Source: a bacterium (lineage in GTDB: Bacteria; Patescibacteriota; Microgenomatia; UBA10105; UBA927). From it: a DNA stretch of 64,000 bases. The stretch covers positions 11,750 through 75,749 of the forward strand of contig JAKAFY010000002.1 in assembly GCA_021817785.1 (NCBI GenBank), written 5' to 3'. The notes beneath the pieces are model-generated. The model saw only the letters and a program-made list of their open reading frames with translations. It was not told the origin of the DNA and made no database searches. A program made the translations under genes and the position numbers. Positions 1 to 10,245 of the stretch are shown here, piece after piece; positions within the stretch are counted from its first letter, which is position 1, and each line of letters begins with the position of its first letter.

Positions 1-1
1 T

Positions 2-379
2 ACGCCGTTTGGCGGAGAAAATCTGGACGTGCTCAAAGGGGATTTTCGGTTGTACATCGCCAAAGGTGGGGAAATGTGGATTCCGATCGGCGGCGATAAA
101 GCGAAGCCTGCATTACCAGGCGAGCTGGTATGGGGAGACGATATCGATTTGTCGACCAGGGCGCTCAACTGGCGCCAGTGCGACAGGACGAAGATGACAG
201 AGGAAACCACCAACGGATTTTTTGTCATGGACGGCTTTAACGGCGTCAATAAAGACGTTATGGAAGCTGCCGCAGCAGAATTTATCCATATAGCAACCAC
301 TCTGTGCGGCGGGAATGCGGAAGTCTATTGGATGTCGTCAGGATCGAAATATGCGATAATATCGATGCAGGATGACTGA
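2..379 (+). CDS. B3/B4 (PheT-like tRNA-editing) domain protein, 5'-truncated by window edge
   Basis: Frame is open from base 2 (TPFGGENLDVLKG) and continues through PGELVWGDD and LNWRQCDRTK, motifs typical of stand-alone B3/4 proteins. Confidence 0.8.
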   Translation, partial: TPFGGENLDVLKGDFRLYIAKGGEMWIPIGGDKAKPALPGELVWGDDIDLSTRALNWRQCDRTKMTEETTNGFFVMDGFNGVNKDVMEAAAAEFIHIATTLCGGNAEVYWMSSGSKYAIISMQDD

Positions 380-640
380 GGAATAGATTCTATGCATGCC
401 GAAGGTAAACATACATGGATAGGTTTGCATGGCGGGACAATAGAGGTATGTGAACAGGTGGGAGGTCGGCTGTCGTGGTATAGGGTAGATGAGATTTGTG
501 CCGATGAAGTGTGTACTTCAGGCAGGGCGACTAATGGAGCGGAATTTCCTGATATTCGTCCCGGCATATTGAAATTCGGTAGGATGGGTTGGATAGTGTG
601 TAAAATACGGTATCCGGAATCCGCTGAATCATAGTCATGT

Positions 641-2668
641 ATGAAATTAGAACTACAACAATTATTTCAGGATGTTTTGAACGAAGTCGGAGTTACTGAC
701 ATCGTTCCCGACGTTGTCATGTCTGCCGACAGCAAACACGGGGAATACACCACCAACGTTGCCATGAGACTGGCAAAACCATTGAAAAAAAGTCCGATGG
801 ATATCGCACTACAGGTTAAAACGAGCATCGAGAAGCGAGTATCGGGTGTCAGGCACAAGATTCCAGATCAGAAGAATAGCAAACCAGATCAAAAGAATGC
901 AGGCAATGTAACGGAAAAAAATACATTACAGGATAAAGATAATACGAAGTTGTCGACCAGCGATATCTTGTCGTCCATTGACCGCATAGAAATAGCTCCT
1001 CCCGGCTTTATCAACGTGTTTTTAAAGGATGTCGCCCTAAGCAGTCAGGTGAGGGAAGTGCTAAAAGATGGGGAGCGCTATGGAAAGAGCCAAAGCGGAA
1101 AAGGGAAGCACCTTATGGTGGAATACACCGACCCCAATCCGTTTAAGGAATTGCATATCGGACACTTATATAGCAATGCCGTAGGGGAGAGTTTGGCCCG
1201 TCTGTACGCTGCAATAGGATGGGATGTTTCCCGCGTGGACTACTTTGGAGATGTCGGTATGCATGTGGCCAAGTCCATATGGGGACTGCGGAAAAAAATG
1301 GCAGAAGATCATGTCACCCTGGCTGTTTTGGAAAGTAAGCCGCTTCCGGAACGGGTGCAATATTTGGGCCAGGCCTACGCAAAAGGCGCTACCATCTACG
1401 AAGAAAAGACGCCGGAGGCGGAGAAAGCCAAAGAAGAGATGAAAGACATAAACTACATGGTGTATCTGGCAGCCCAGGAGTATATGGAAAAGGCGCTCAA
1501 ATGGACGCCGCAGGTGGATTACCGCCAGTATGTGCAGGTCGATGATACGCTCTATCAGGAAGTGAAGGAACTATACGAAAAAGGCCGCACCTGGAGTATG
1601 GACTATTTTGAAACGATTTTCCGCCGGTTGGGCACGCATTTTGATGCGTATTATCCTGAATCCATCGTCGGAGAATATGGCGCAAAGCTTGTCCGGGAGC
1701 ATATAGGCAAGGTATTTGAAGAAAGCGACGGAGCCGTGGTCTTTCGCGGAGAATCCTCGAAAGCCGGACTGCATACCCGGGTATTTTTGAATTCTCTGGG
1801 ATTGCCGACCTATGAGGCCAAAGAATTGGGGTTGAACTGGAAAAAGAGCCAGGATTATGCCCTGGATAAGTCGTTTATCGTGACCGGCAACGAAATCAAC
1901 GAATACTTTAAAGTCCTGTTTGCTGCCATGGAGCAGGTTATTCCGGAAATCGGGGCAAAAACGAAACATATAGGCCATGGCATGGTGAGAAATGCGGACG
2001 GGAGCAAAATGAGCAGCCGTACCGGAAACGTCCTGACCGGCGTGGGTATGCTGGAAGAGGTAAAGAAATCAATCTATGAGATACTAGATAAAAGTGAATC
2101 ATCCTCCTTCGTTAAAACGTCTGAGGACAAGGAGGAGATAGCGGAGAAAGGTGCAATAGCAGCTGTGAAATATAGTCTGCTTCGTGTGGCATTACCCTCG
2201 AATGTTTCGTTTAGTATCGCGACATCTATTTCTTTTGACGGCGACTCGGGGCCGTATCTTTTGTACACCTATGCCCGGTGTAAGAGTGTGCTGCGGAAGG
2301 CCTCTTCTGCATCAGCATTGGTTCCCAGTTCCTTAGGTGACTTAGGTAACCTAGGTGACGTACGTTTTAATGAAGATGAGCGTGCATTGGCGCGCCTCAT
2401 CCACTTCTTTCCGGAAATCGTAGCTGCTGCGGCACATGATTTGGCGCCAAACGTCATCTGTACCTATTTATTTGATCTCGCACAGTCCTTTAATACGTTT
2501 TATCAGAAACATCAAATTATCGAGCAGCGAGAACCGAGCAGTGAGAACCGAGGCTCGATGCTCGATACTCGATACTCGAATTTTCGTCTCGTCCTCACTG
2601 CCGCCACTGCCCAGGTGTTGCAAAATGGCCTTAATCTTCTGGGCATCTCCACAGTTGAACGGATGTAA
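641..2668 (+). CDS. argS: Arginine--tRNA ligase, with several loop insertions
   Basis: VEYTDPNPFKELHIGH (HIGH motif), DVGMHVAK, KMSSRTGN, GDSGPYLLYTYAR, C-terminal LGISTVERM. Confidence 0.97.
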   Translation: MKLELQQLFQDVLNEVGVTDIVPDVVMSADSKHGEYTTNVAMRLAKPLKKSPMDIALQVKTSIEKRVSGVRHKIPDQKNSKPDQKNAGNVTEKNTLQDKDNTKLSTSDILSSIDRIEIAPPGFINVFLKDVALSSQVREVLKDGERYGKSQSGKGKHLMVEYTDPNPFKELHIGHLYSNAVGESLARLYAAIGWDVSRVDYFGDVGMHVAKSIWGLRKKMAEDHVTLAVLESKPLPERVQYLGQAYAKGATIYEEKTPEAEKAKEEMKDINYMVYLAAQEYMEKALKWTPQVDYRQYVQVDDTLYQEVKELYEKGRTWSMDYFETIFRRLGTHFDAYYPESIVGEYGAKLVREHIGKVFEESDGAVVFRGESSKAGLHTRVFLNSLGLPTYEAKELGLNWKKSQDYALDKSFIVTGNEINEYFKVLFAAMEQVIPEIGAKTKHIGHGMVRNADGSKMSSRTGNVLTGVGMLEEVKKSIYEILDKSESSSFVKTSEDKEEIAEKGAIAAVKYSLLRVALPSNVSFSIATSISFDGDSGPYLLYTYARCKSVLRKASSASALVPSSLGDLGNLGDVRFNEDERALARLIHFFPEIVAAAAHDLAPNVICTYLFDLAQSFNTFYQKHQIIEQREPSSENRGSMLDTRYSNFRLVLTAATAQVLQNGLNLLGISTVERM

Positions 2669-2716
2669 CACGTGAATCTTCATATTTTGGCATAGTTTGA
2701 TATCATTAGTATCCTT

Positions 2717-2947
2717 ATGACAATAGAATATTACTGTGACGATTGTGATGTGACAGGCACCATCAACATGACGAATCAGTTTTCTGCGCAGTTTCAAAAA
2801 AGAGCGTTGAAGTCGTTGGAGTTTAAAGAATTAGCTCGTTTAGGACGAATGCATAAACGGTTTAATTCTGAGCATAGGTTGAAAGGATTTTTTCATATTC
2901 CCGATGGGTATGAAGAGCATCGCGGTCGACTATATAGGCGTATCTGA
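2717..2947 (+). CDS. Small hypothetical protein with CxxC
   Basis: 76-aa ATG ORF filling the argS-kup gap; YYCDDC motif. Confidence 0.5.
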   Translation: MTIEYYCDDCDVTGTINMTNQFSAQFQKRALKSLEFKELARLGRMHKRFNSEHRLKGFFHIPDGYEEHRGRLYRRI

Positions 2948-2967
2948 GGGTCTGAATCAAGAAATGA

Positions 2968-4926
2968 TTACGATAGCTCCACGGGGCACACGTCGATCGT
3001 GAGTTGATGGTCGTCTCCCAGGCCGAAATATTCATCCGCTTTTTCCGTATTGCGGTGGATGAACTGATACATCGCAAAGCGCACGCGCGTAAGCCACGAT
3101 GCTTTGGCAGAGGGGATGACGCGTTCATGCAGCGCTTTAAATACCCACTGTTCCGGCGGGTGAGTAGACGGGATGTCTTTGTTGCGGATAAAGTACCGCA
3201 CCAACGGTTCCAGATCCGGGTCTTCCATAAATCCAAACTGGACGGTGATACTCGTCACCGTTCCGTTTTTGTCGTTGCCTTCGGTAAAGTTATTTATGCG
3301 TACCCGCTGTTTGGCGTGGGGCACTTTCAATAGGTCGACGTTGAGCATGACCAAATGCTGCGGCAGGACGGCGTTTCTCTCCCAATACCGCTGGAGCTGG
3401 ATGGGGACGGTATCGGTCGTTTCCGTGATGGCTTTGCGTGTCAGAAATACCATAGTGCGGGGAAGGTCCAGCGGCGTCGTTTGCTGCAGCCGGACAATCT
3501 CCCGTACCGTCATGGTTTTATACGTATTAAACGTATGGATCGTGTGATATCTGCCCCATTTCCACGTTTCGATAATGCCGAAAATCGAAAGCCCTATGGT
3601 AAGCGGGATAAATCCTCCCTCGACAAATTTCAGCGAATTGGAAAGCAGAAAAAGCGCGTCAATCATGGCAAACGGGATAAATAAGCCGTAGACGTATACG
3701 CGGTTCCATTTCCACAGGCGGGAGGCGATCACGATCATTCCCAGCGTGGTGACCAGCATGACGCCGGAAACCGCCAATCCGTATGCACTAGCTAATTTGT
3801 TGCTCGACTGGAAGATGAGCACCAACAGCACGGCTCCGACGTAGAGCGCCCAGTTAATCTGGGGGATGTAGATTTGCCCCTCGTGTTCTTCGTGCGTATG
3901 TTTTATGGGCAAATACGGCAGAAGCCGCAATGATATCGCCTGCATGGTAAGCGAAAATGCTCCGGAAATGAGCGCCTGGGACGCGATGATGGTTGCCAAC
4001 GTTGCCAATAAAACCATGGGCGCCAAAAGTAACCGCGGCACCATGCTGAAAAATATGTTGCCCCCCAGTATTTCATGGCCGCTTAACAGATACGCGCCCT
4101 GCCCGAAATAATTGGCGACCAACGCGGGGTAGGCGACCAGATACCATCCCAGGCGGATCGGAGTCCTGCCGAAGTGCCCCATGTCCGCATACATAGCTTC
4201 ACCGCCCGTGATCACCAGCATGACGGATCCCAGGGTCAGGAGCGTGGTGACAAACGAGTGATTTCTCAAAAATGCATAGGCGTGCAGCGGATTGAGTGCC
4301 GCCAGAATGCCAGGCGTATGTATGACGGCCGTAGTCCCGATGACGCCGATAGCTGTAAACCACACGATCATGACGGGCCCAAACAGTCTCCCTACTTTAT
4401 GCGTGCCGTTTTTCTGGATGGCAAACAATCCGGTCAGGATGGCTATCGTAATCGGGATAATGTATGGCTCCAACGAATGGGTGACGATGCGTACTCCTTC
4501 TACTGCGGATATGACGCTGATGGCAGGCGTGATGATGCCGTCCCCGTACAGAAGTCCCGCAGCGATGATCAGTAGTCCGAGTAATACCGGATGGGATTTC
4601 GGCAGGTCGGCAATCAGGTTGTAGAGCGCAAACACGCCGCCTTCGCCGTCGCTGTCTGCACGCAATACAAAAAAGACGTATTTTATGGCGACAACCATGG
4701 TAAGCGCCCAAAACACCAGGCTTATGCCGCCCAACACATCCGTCCGGGTGAACGAAGAGAGCGCATGTCCGAAAAACATTTCGTTTATGGCATAGAGGGG
4801 GCTGGTGCCGATATCGCCGTATACCACGCCCAACGCGCCCAGGGTGAGAAGTGCCAGTCCGGCATGGGAATGCGGCTTTCCGTGTCGTTGGCCGGGGTCG
4901 TCCGGATGTGAGTCAGATTGTGTCAT
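2968..4926 (-). CDS. kup: KUP/HAK/KT potassium transporter
   Basis: LGVVYGDIGTSPLYA, GEGGVFAL, GDGIITPAISV, TGGEAMYADMGHF, GQIYIP; start placed at MTQSD. Confidence 0.95.
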   Translation of the reverse strand: MTQSDSHPDDPGQRHGKPHSHAGLALLTLGALGVVYGDIGTSPLYAINEMFFGHALSSFTRTDVLGGISLVFWALTMVVAIKYVFFVLRADSDGEGGVFALYNLIADLPKSHPVLLGLLIIAAGLLYGDGIITPAISVISAVEGVRIVTHSLEPYIIPITIAILTGLFAIQKNGTHKVGRLFGPVMIVWFTAIGVIGTTAVIHTPGILAALNPLHAYAFLRNHSFVTTLLTLGSVMLVITGGEAMYADMGHFGRTPIRLGWYLVAYPALVANYFGQGAYLLSGHEILGGNIFFSMVPRLLLAPMVLLATLATIIASQALISGAFSLTMQAISLRLLPYLPIKHTHEEHEGQIYIPQINWALYVGAVLLVLIFQSSNKLASAYGLAVSGVMLVTTLGMIVIASRLWKWNRVYVYGLFIPFAMIDALFLLSNSLKFVEGGFIPLTIGLSIFGIIETWKWGRYHTIHTFNTYKTMTVREIVRLQQTTPLDLPRTMVFLTRKAITETTDTVPIQLQRYWERNAVLPQHLVMLNVDLLKVPHAKQRVRINNFTEGNDKNGTVTSITVQFGFMEDPDLEPLVRYFIRNKDIPSTHPPEQWVFKALHERVIPSAKASWLTRVRFAMYQFIHRNTEKADEYFGLGDDHQLTIDVCPVELS

Positions 4927-5111
4927 AGAAAAAAAGAAAAAGGATGCACACCCAGGGCGCACATCCCAGTACGATCACTATTGTAGGGGATTTGTTCTGG
5001 ATTTCAAGAGGAATTCTCGTATTGTTAGATATCAAACAATATACAGATACATATTGCCGTCGTATAGGAAGCACACACATAAATATCTATGATAAATATG
5101 TTGGTGATCTC

Positions 5112-5411
5112 ATGTTTGGTGGATTGCCGAAGGGGTTTCGTCCGAAAGTCCGGGCTGGGGTGCAGGGGATTCCCAGATGTAAGGGGTGCGAGGTGGAGCC
5201 GCAGTTATGTCCTCAGTCCTACATCCTTCAGGATGTATTTACAAAAAAATGGTTAGATCTCCATCCTGATGGTGTACCGGATGCGCGAACATCCCCAGAA
5301 TATCTGGCGTATCGTATTGAACGCTTTGAGCAGTGGGGAAAAAGACAGGGGTGTTTCGGGCGCGTCTATTTTGAAACGGCAATGAGCGAGCTTGCGGCAT
5401 TACTGCAGTAG
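5112..5411 (+). CDS. Hypothetical Cys-containing protein
   Basis: ATG ORF (MFGGLPKG) with CxxC-x5-C. Confidence 0.5.
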   Translation: MFGGLPKGFRPKVRAGVQGIPRCKGCEVEPQLCPQSYILQDVFTKKWLDLHPDGVPDARTSPEYLAYRIERFEQWGKRQGCFGRVYFETAMSELAALLQ

Positions 5412-5650
5412 TGCTTTGGGGGCATGTCGACGTATGCGCTGTGATTTTTTTCCAAAGAAACACGATTCTCGATGGTGTGATGAATGCACGTAAAGGAGAA
5501 ATAGAGCATACGCGTGCATGCGGGGCAGTTGCTTCAATGCGTGTCTCGTGTGTGAGTTTGATGGTGTGCTATTTATTACATATTTTGCATACATATCTAT
5601 GATGTATTGATGCAGATGCGTTCTTTTTCTACTATGCGGGAGTTTCCTAT

Positions 5651-6133
5651 ATGTTTGGCACACTTGTTTCAGGAAAAGAATTATTATATCCTGTTGTCCT
5701 TGTTCGGCAGATTTCCGGCGTACCCCCTTTTGAGGTTAGAACAACAGTGGTGTCCGGTGGAGAAAAAACATACAGACAAAACAGTATCCGAAGCCAAAAC
5801 AGGTTGTCTGCATGGTCTTTATTGGATGTTACTGCACGGATGGAGGTTGTGAGGCCACGTCGTGTGACACGTCAAGTAAGCCGATTTGGACAACTAGACA
5901 TCTCCACGGAAATGCGAAGCGTCGGAAAATTAGATATTAACGTCCCCTCCATGTCTGCTGCGGATAATCCTTCTGCAGGGTGGCCGCGAGTGCGAGCAGA
6001 GGGTATATGGGGACGTTTAGGATTTTCTCGACAGGTTCATCCCGGTAAACCTATAGAAGTAACACGTGGAGGGGTGACGTTTCAAATATCGACGAGATGT
6101 GTCAGTGCGGAAGACCTGCGGCAATATTTATAA
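5651..6133 (+). CDS. Hypothetical protein
   Basis: 160-aa ATG ORF converging on the NRAMP gene. Confidence 0.45.
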   Translation: MFGTLVSGKELLYPVVLVRQISGVPPFEVRTTVVSGGEKTYRQNSIRSQNRLSAWSLLDVTARMEVVRPRRVTRQVSRFGQLDISTEMRSVGKLDINVPSMSAADNPSAGWPRVRAEGIWGRLGFSRQVHPGKPIEVTRGGVTFQISTRCVSAEDLRQYL

Positions 6134-6144
6134 GATAGACCATT

Positions 6145-7407
6145 TCACCACCCCAACACCTGTCCTGCGATGGAAAGCAGGGAAGCTGCCGTGATAAATA
6201 CGCCGCCGCCGACGAGTAACCAATTCTGGAGCCGGGTATTCCGGTGTTTGCCCATAATTTTTTCATTATTCACGAACCGGTACAGGAAGAAAAAGATGAT
6301 CGGCAGTACGGCGCCATTGAAGAAATTGCCGATCACGGTGATGGAAAACAGGGTCACGGCAGGGAACAGGACGATGATGGTGCCGAGGGCGAGTTGAATC
6401 AGCAGGATCGTGTAAAAAAGCCGGCTTTTATGAAAATCCTCGTTTAAACTTCCGGGATAGCCAAAAAATTCCGAAAATGCATAGGAAGTGGAAAGCGGTA
6501 CGATGATGCAGCCAAACAGCCCGGCGACAAACAGCCCCATACCGAACAACAGGCCCGCCAGATTGCCTGCGAACGGTTTTATGGCGATAGACGCTTCCGC
6601 CGCTCCGGTAATCTGGACGCCGTGGACAAACAGCGTGGCGATTACCGCCACCATCATAAAAAATGAAAATAAATCGGTGAGGAACGCGCCCGTATACACT
6701 TCCCAGCGGTTGTACTTTAAATGCTCGACGGTCAGATGTTTGTCTTTGACGGTGGAATTGATAAAAAATTGCCCCCATGCGGTTATGGTGGTGCCGACGA
6801 CGGCTATGGCCGTATAGATAAACTTCGGGGAAAACGGCCCTTCCGGCAGGATCATCGATCGCACCGCCATACCCCAGTCCGGTTTGGATAGGATGGCGGA
6901 TACCATGTATACGAGATAAAACCCGATGGTGATCAGGAAAAACCGTTCAGTGGTTTTGTATTGCACCCGGACGATAAACAGGAACAGCAGGCCGACGATG
7001 ATCGGTAGCAATATCGTTGGCAGACCAAAGAGTGCGAGTGCGGATTTGACGCCCGCCAGATCCAGTACCACGACCGTAAAGTTTACGATAAACAGAAGCA
7101 CGAACATAGCGATAGAAATCCGTACGCCGTACTGTTCGCGGATGAGGTCGGCAAGTCCTTTGTCTGCCACGATACCGATTCTGGCGCCTATCTCCTGGGT
7201 TAATGCGAGCAATATGGTCATTGGGATGGTGATGATCAGGATCCTATAGCCAAATGTTGCCGCGGACACAGAATAGGCGGATACGCCGGCCGCATCATTA
7301 TCCGCAAATGCGGTAATAAGCCCCGGTCCGATGATGAGAGCGACGACCAGCAGCCGTTTCCATTTATATTTGATATACCGCAATATGGCGTAAAGTTTTT
7401 GGTTCAT
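6145..7407 (-). CDS. NRAMP-family divalent metal transporter (NrmT-like)
   Basis: GPGLITAFADNDAAG, QEIGARIG, GTTITAWGQF, multiple TM segments. Confidence 0.9.
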   Translation of the reverse strand: MNQKLYAILRYIKYKWKRLLVVALIIGPGLITAFADNDAAGVSAYSVSAATFGYRILIITIPMTILLALTQEIGARIGIVADKGLADLIREQYGVRISIAMFVLLFIVNFTVVVLDLAGVKSALALFGLPTILLPIIVGLLFLFIVRVQYKTTERFFLITIGFYLVYMVSAILSKPDWGMAVRSMILPEGPFSPKFIYTAIAVVGTTITAWGQFFINSTVKDKHLTVEHLKYNRWEVYTGAFLTDLFSFFMMVAVIATLFVHGVQITGAAEASIAIKPFAGNLAGLLFGMGLFVAGLFGCIIVPLSTSYAFSEFFGYPGSLNEDFHKSRLFYTILLIQLALGTIIVLFPAVTLFSITVIGNFFNGAVLPIIFFFLYRFVNNEKIMGKHRNTRLQNWLLVGGGVFITAASLLSIAGQVLGW

Positions 7408-7467
7408 AGTTCATGGTTCATAGGAAGATATTCTTGCGCTCTTGCTATGAACGTTCTTTCTGTCTTG

Positions 7468-8676
7468 CTAAATAAGCCGTCCCTCCATCCGTTCCAGTAA
7501 ATCGTCGATGGTGACGAGTCCCAGTATTTCCCGTTTTTCGTTGATAATCGGCAACGCATAGAGTTTGTATTTGATCATTTTTTTCATGGCGATTTCTTTG
7601 GGGGTAGTCAGGGAAATCACGATGACATTGGGAATCATAAACTTGTAGACGGGTATATCCGCATCCTGGGCAAGGAGTTCCTGCAGGTTAAAGACGCCGA
7701 CTAATTCCTTCTTTTTGTTGACCACATACACGTACGATAACTGGGAAAGTGTGGCGGATTCTCCTTTCAGGCGCGCCTTTACTTTGCCGGCCAGTTCTTC
7801 GGGATCCGCGGTCGCATAGTCATTGGTTGCAAGGTCTCCGATATCCGTAGCGGACAAAGATATCAGATAGTCTATAGGTGTTTTGACTTCCGGGGAAAGG
7901 AACGGCAGGATGAGCGCCCGCCGCCGTTCGGAAAGGGTAAGCAGGATGTCTGCCGCCTCATCGGGATCGATACGGGAAAGGATGTTGGCAGCTTTTTCCG
8001 GCTTGATGTTGCGGAGTAGATCGCGCTGTCTACCCACGTTTAAGTTCTGGATGACGTCCGCTTCGTATTCAGTGGGAAGCAAATCCAGGATTTTGGTAAG
8101 GTTTTTCAATGACAGCCGTTCCAGGTGGTCTGCCAGGTCTTCCGGGGCGAGTCTCGTCAGTTTGGTTTCTTCGCGTTTCAGCATGACCTTTCCTCGGGAA
8201 AGTTCGACGGGTTGCACGTCGTCCCAGCTTAAAAAATTCGAGGTAACGGTTTTGCCGATCATGGCCAGTGCTTTGTTCAGATACTGTTCAACGTTCAGCC
8301 ACCTGGCAATGCCCAGGACCCCCACGTCCACGCCTGCGATGACATAATACGGTTTTTGCTGGATGACGACGTCATTTACCCGCACCACTTTGTTGCCTTG
8401 TATATCAATAATCTGCTGATCGAGGAGATGGGTACGGATGGAAAGTTCCTGTTCGGTCGGCTCTACGGATTCATGATCCGGAGCCAGGATAATGGTGCCG
8501 TTGATGGATTTGACGCTGGTAATGGGAATATAGAGGTATCCGACAGAGCTGACGACACAAATCTTTGTGAGGAGTGGTTGGTCGGAGCCCAGGAAATAGA
8601 AGTCATAGAGCTTCCCGATACTTCCGCCATCAGATGAAACCACGGGCTTGCCCGCGAGCTCGGCAAAATAGAGCAT
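7468..8676 (-). CDS. PRC-barrel + MgtE N-terminal + CBS-pair protein (no TM domain)
   Basis: LLDQQIIDIQGNKVVRVND, repeated D(L/E)AD helices, CBS pair ending LGLVTIDD. Confidence 0.85.
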   Translation of the reverse strand: MLYFAELAGKPVVSSDGGSIGKLYDFYFLGSDQPLLTKICVVSSVGYLYIPITSVKSINGTIILAPDHESVEPTEQELSIRTHLLDQQIIDIQGNKVVRVNDVVIQQKPYYVIAGVDVGVLGIARWLNVEQYLNKALAMIGKTVTSNFLSWDDVQPVELSRGKVMLKREETKLTRLAPEDLADHLERLSLKNLTKILDLLPTEYEADVIQNLNVGRQRDLLRNIKPEKAANILSRIDPDEAADILLTLSERRRALILPFLSPEVKTPIDYLISLSATDIGDLATNDYATADPEELAGKVKARLKGESATLSQLSYVYVVNKKKELVGVFNLQELLAQDADIPVYKFMIPNVIVISLTTPKEIAMKKMIKYKLYALPIINEKREILGLVTIDDLLERMEGRLI

Positions 8677-8785
8677 AGGACAATTGAAAAATACCGTTTT
8701 TGCTATGCAGATACGCCGGAGAAGGCACGCATCTGTCACATATCTGATTGTAGTCCGGTCATTTTATCCCCGTCAATCACCCAAG

Positions 8786-9808
8786 TTATCGGGATGGTTG
8801 TTCCCGGAGCAATGAGAGTACTTTTTGGTGTATTTCTGGGGTTCTGCTGATGACAAAAGGTATGCGATAAGTATCATCTTCGTGTTTTTCAATGACATGA
8901 CGTACTATGGCAGATATATCTATGGGATTGTTATCCCAGTCCGTGACAGGATACCCGAGTGCTTGAGCTGCTGATGCCCAGATAGCGACTTCGTACCATG
9001 GATTTCCTTTGATGGGATCGATGATCGTGTCTATGGTTCCTTCCTGAAGGCCCAATACGGCATAGCCGCTAGCGCAGTCTAGGTCCCATTTGCCGCCCCT
9101 GGTAAATAATGGAAGCGAGCGGAGATTGTGCATCCGTCGGGTTAGTGTAGCGACGCGAACTGATTGGGTGTCACTGTTTTGGTCAATAGGTGGTAGAGCA
9201 AAATTCGTGTAGACGCGGGTCTGATCGGTACATTCGATAAAGGCGAATCTGGTATCTACTAAGCTTGCGATTCCGACCGTTTTGAGCGTTCCATTTTGGT
9301 CAAATATCGAAATGCCGGTTGTTTGTACCCGATTGCCTTTGGTTAACGAATGCGTCATGTCCAAGGGGTCGATAATAGCAAATCGGAGACCATCCCGTGG
9401 TACTGCGGAATTATTCTCGGGAGTTGCCCGTTCCCAGGCTGCACTTTCTTCGCTGCGCAACCAAAATTTAGGGATATCTTTTGTTTGAGCGGCAAGTTGT
9501 AATGCGACGGCAGTTCCAATTTCGTCGATACTGCGGTGCGGATTGTATTCTGGGCCTCCTGTGGGTTCCAATAAATCTGCGTTAACCAATGCCATATCGT
9601 TTAATGCAGGAATAAGAAGTCGCTGGGTGGCGGTAAGATACGCAAAGACAAATTTTCCCTCCGGAGTGGTTGCGATATCGGATTCTTTTGCTTCTTTTTG
9701 TGCCTGTTCAAGAACGCTCGGCATTCGGGAGAGAATATCCCGATAGGATTGCACGGATTTTTGTTCCCGTTGCGAAAGAAGTCGTGCCCGTTCGGCTGTG
9801 GCTGCCAT
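8786..9808 (-). CDS. Inositol monophosphatase/FIG-superfamily phosphatase (divergent)
   Basis: RSIDE, SEES, IIDPLDMT metal-binding motifs; GYPVTDWD. Confidence 0.75.
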   Translation of the reverse strand: MAATAERARLLSQREQKSVQSYRDILSRMPSVLEQAQKEAKESDIATTPEGKFVFAYLTATQRLLIPALNDMALVNADLLEPTGGPEYNPHRSIDEIGTAVALQLAAQTKDIPKFWLRSEESAAWERATPENNSAVPRDGLRFAIIDPLDMTHSLTKGNRVQTTGISIFDQNGTLKTVGIASLVDTRFAFIECTDQTRVYTNFALPPIDQNSDTQSVRVATLTRRMHNLRSLPLFTRGGKWDLDCASGYAVLGLQEGTIDTIIDPIKGNPWYEVAIWASAAQALGYPVTDWDNNPIDISAIVRHVIEKHEDDTYRIPFVISRTPEIHQKVLSLLREQPSR

Positions 9809-9916
9809 AGGCGGATGGTATCAAAATATGGCCTATAATGCAAATTAGATAGGTTGATTAGATTCTATTGCAGTATTCTCCAATTTGTATAAGAAACAAT
9901 ATAAAAAAGTGTGCAT

Positions 9917-10186
9917 CTAAAATTTTCCTCCCTTTTTTCCGCGGCGAAGAAATTGAAGCGGCCCCCTTTTAATAGCGATATTTCCATTGTTATCTATCGT
10001 TATGTGACCATCGGACCGGGCTATTGTTGTTTGTAACATTCTTTCTGATGCGCCCGCTGCTTCAAGAACGTCTTTCGCATTGACGGATAATTTATTGTCG
10101 CCAAGAAGACCACGTAAAATACTTTCAATTTTTGTTGCCGGGCCATCGGTCTTTCTCCGGATATATTTATCTAACATACGATTCAA
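9917..10186 (-). CDS. Hypothetical protein
   Basis: 89-aa ORF; start uncertain. Confidence 0.4.
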   Translation of the reverse strand: MNRMLDKYIRRKTDGPATKIESILRGLLGDNKLSVNAKDVLEAAGASERMLQTTIARSDGHITIDNNGNIAIKRGPLQFLRRGKKGGKF

Positions 10187-10245
10187 ATTATATCATAAAA
10201 ATGATCATAAATATAGTTATAGGATATGATATACTACCGATTTGT

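Noticed and set aside
392-634. 80-aa ORF between the B3/B4 gene and argS
   Set aside because: No motif or expression signal; cannot be distinguished from spacer sequence.
9866-9900. Fifth copy of the 34-bp palindrome
   Set aside because: The core is CCAATTTG and the arms match poorly; compatible with chance in AT-rich DNA.
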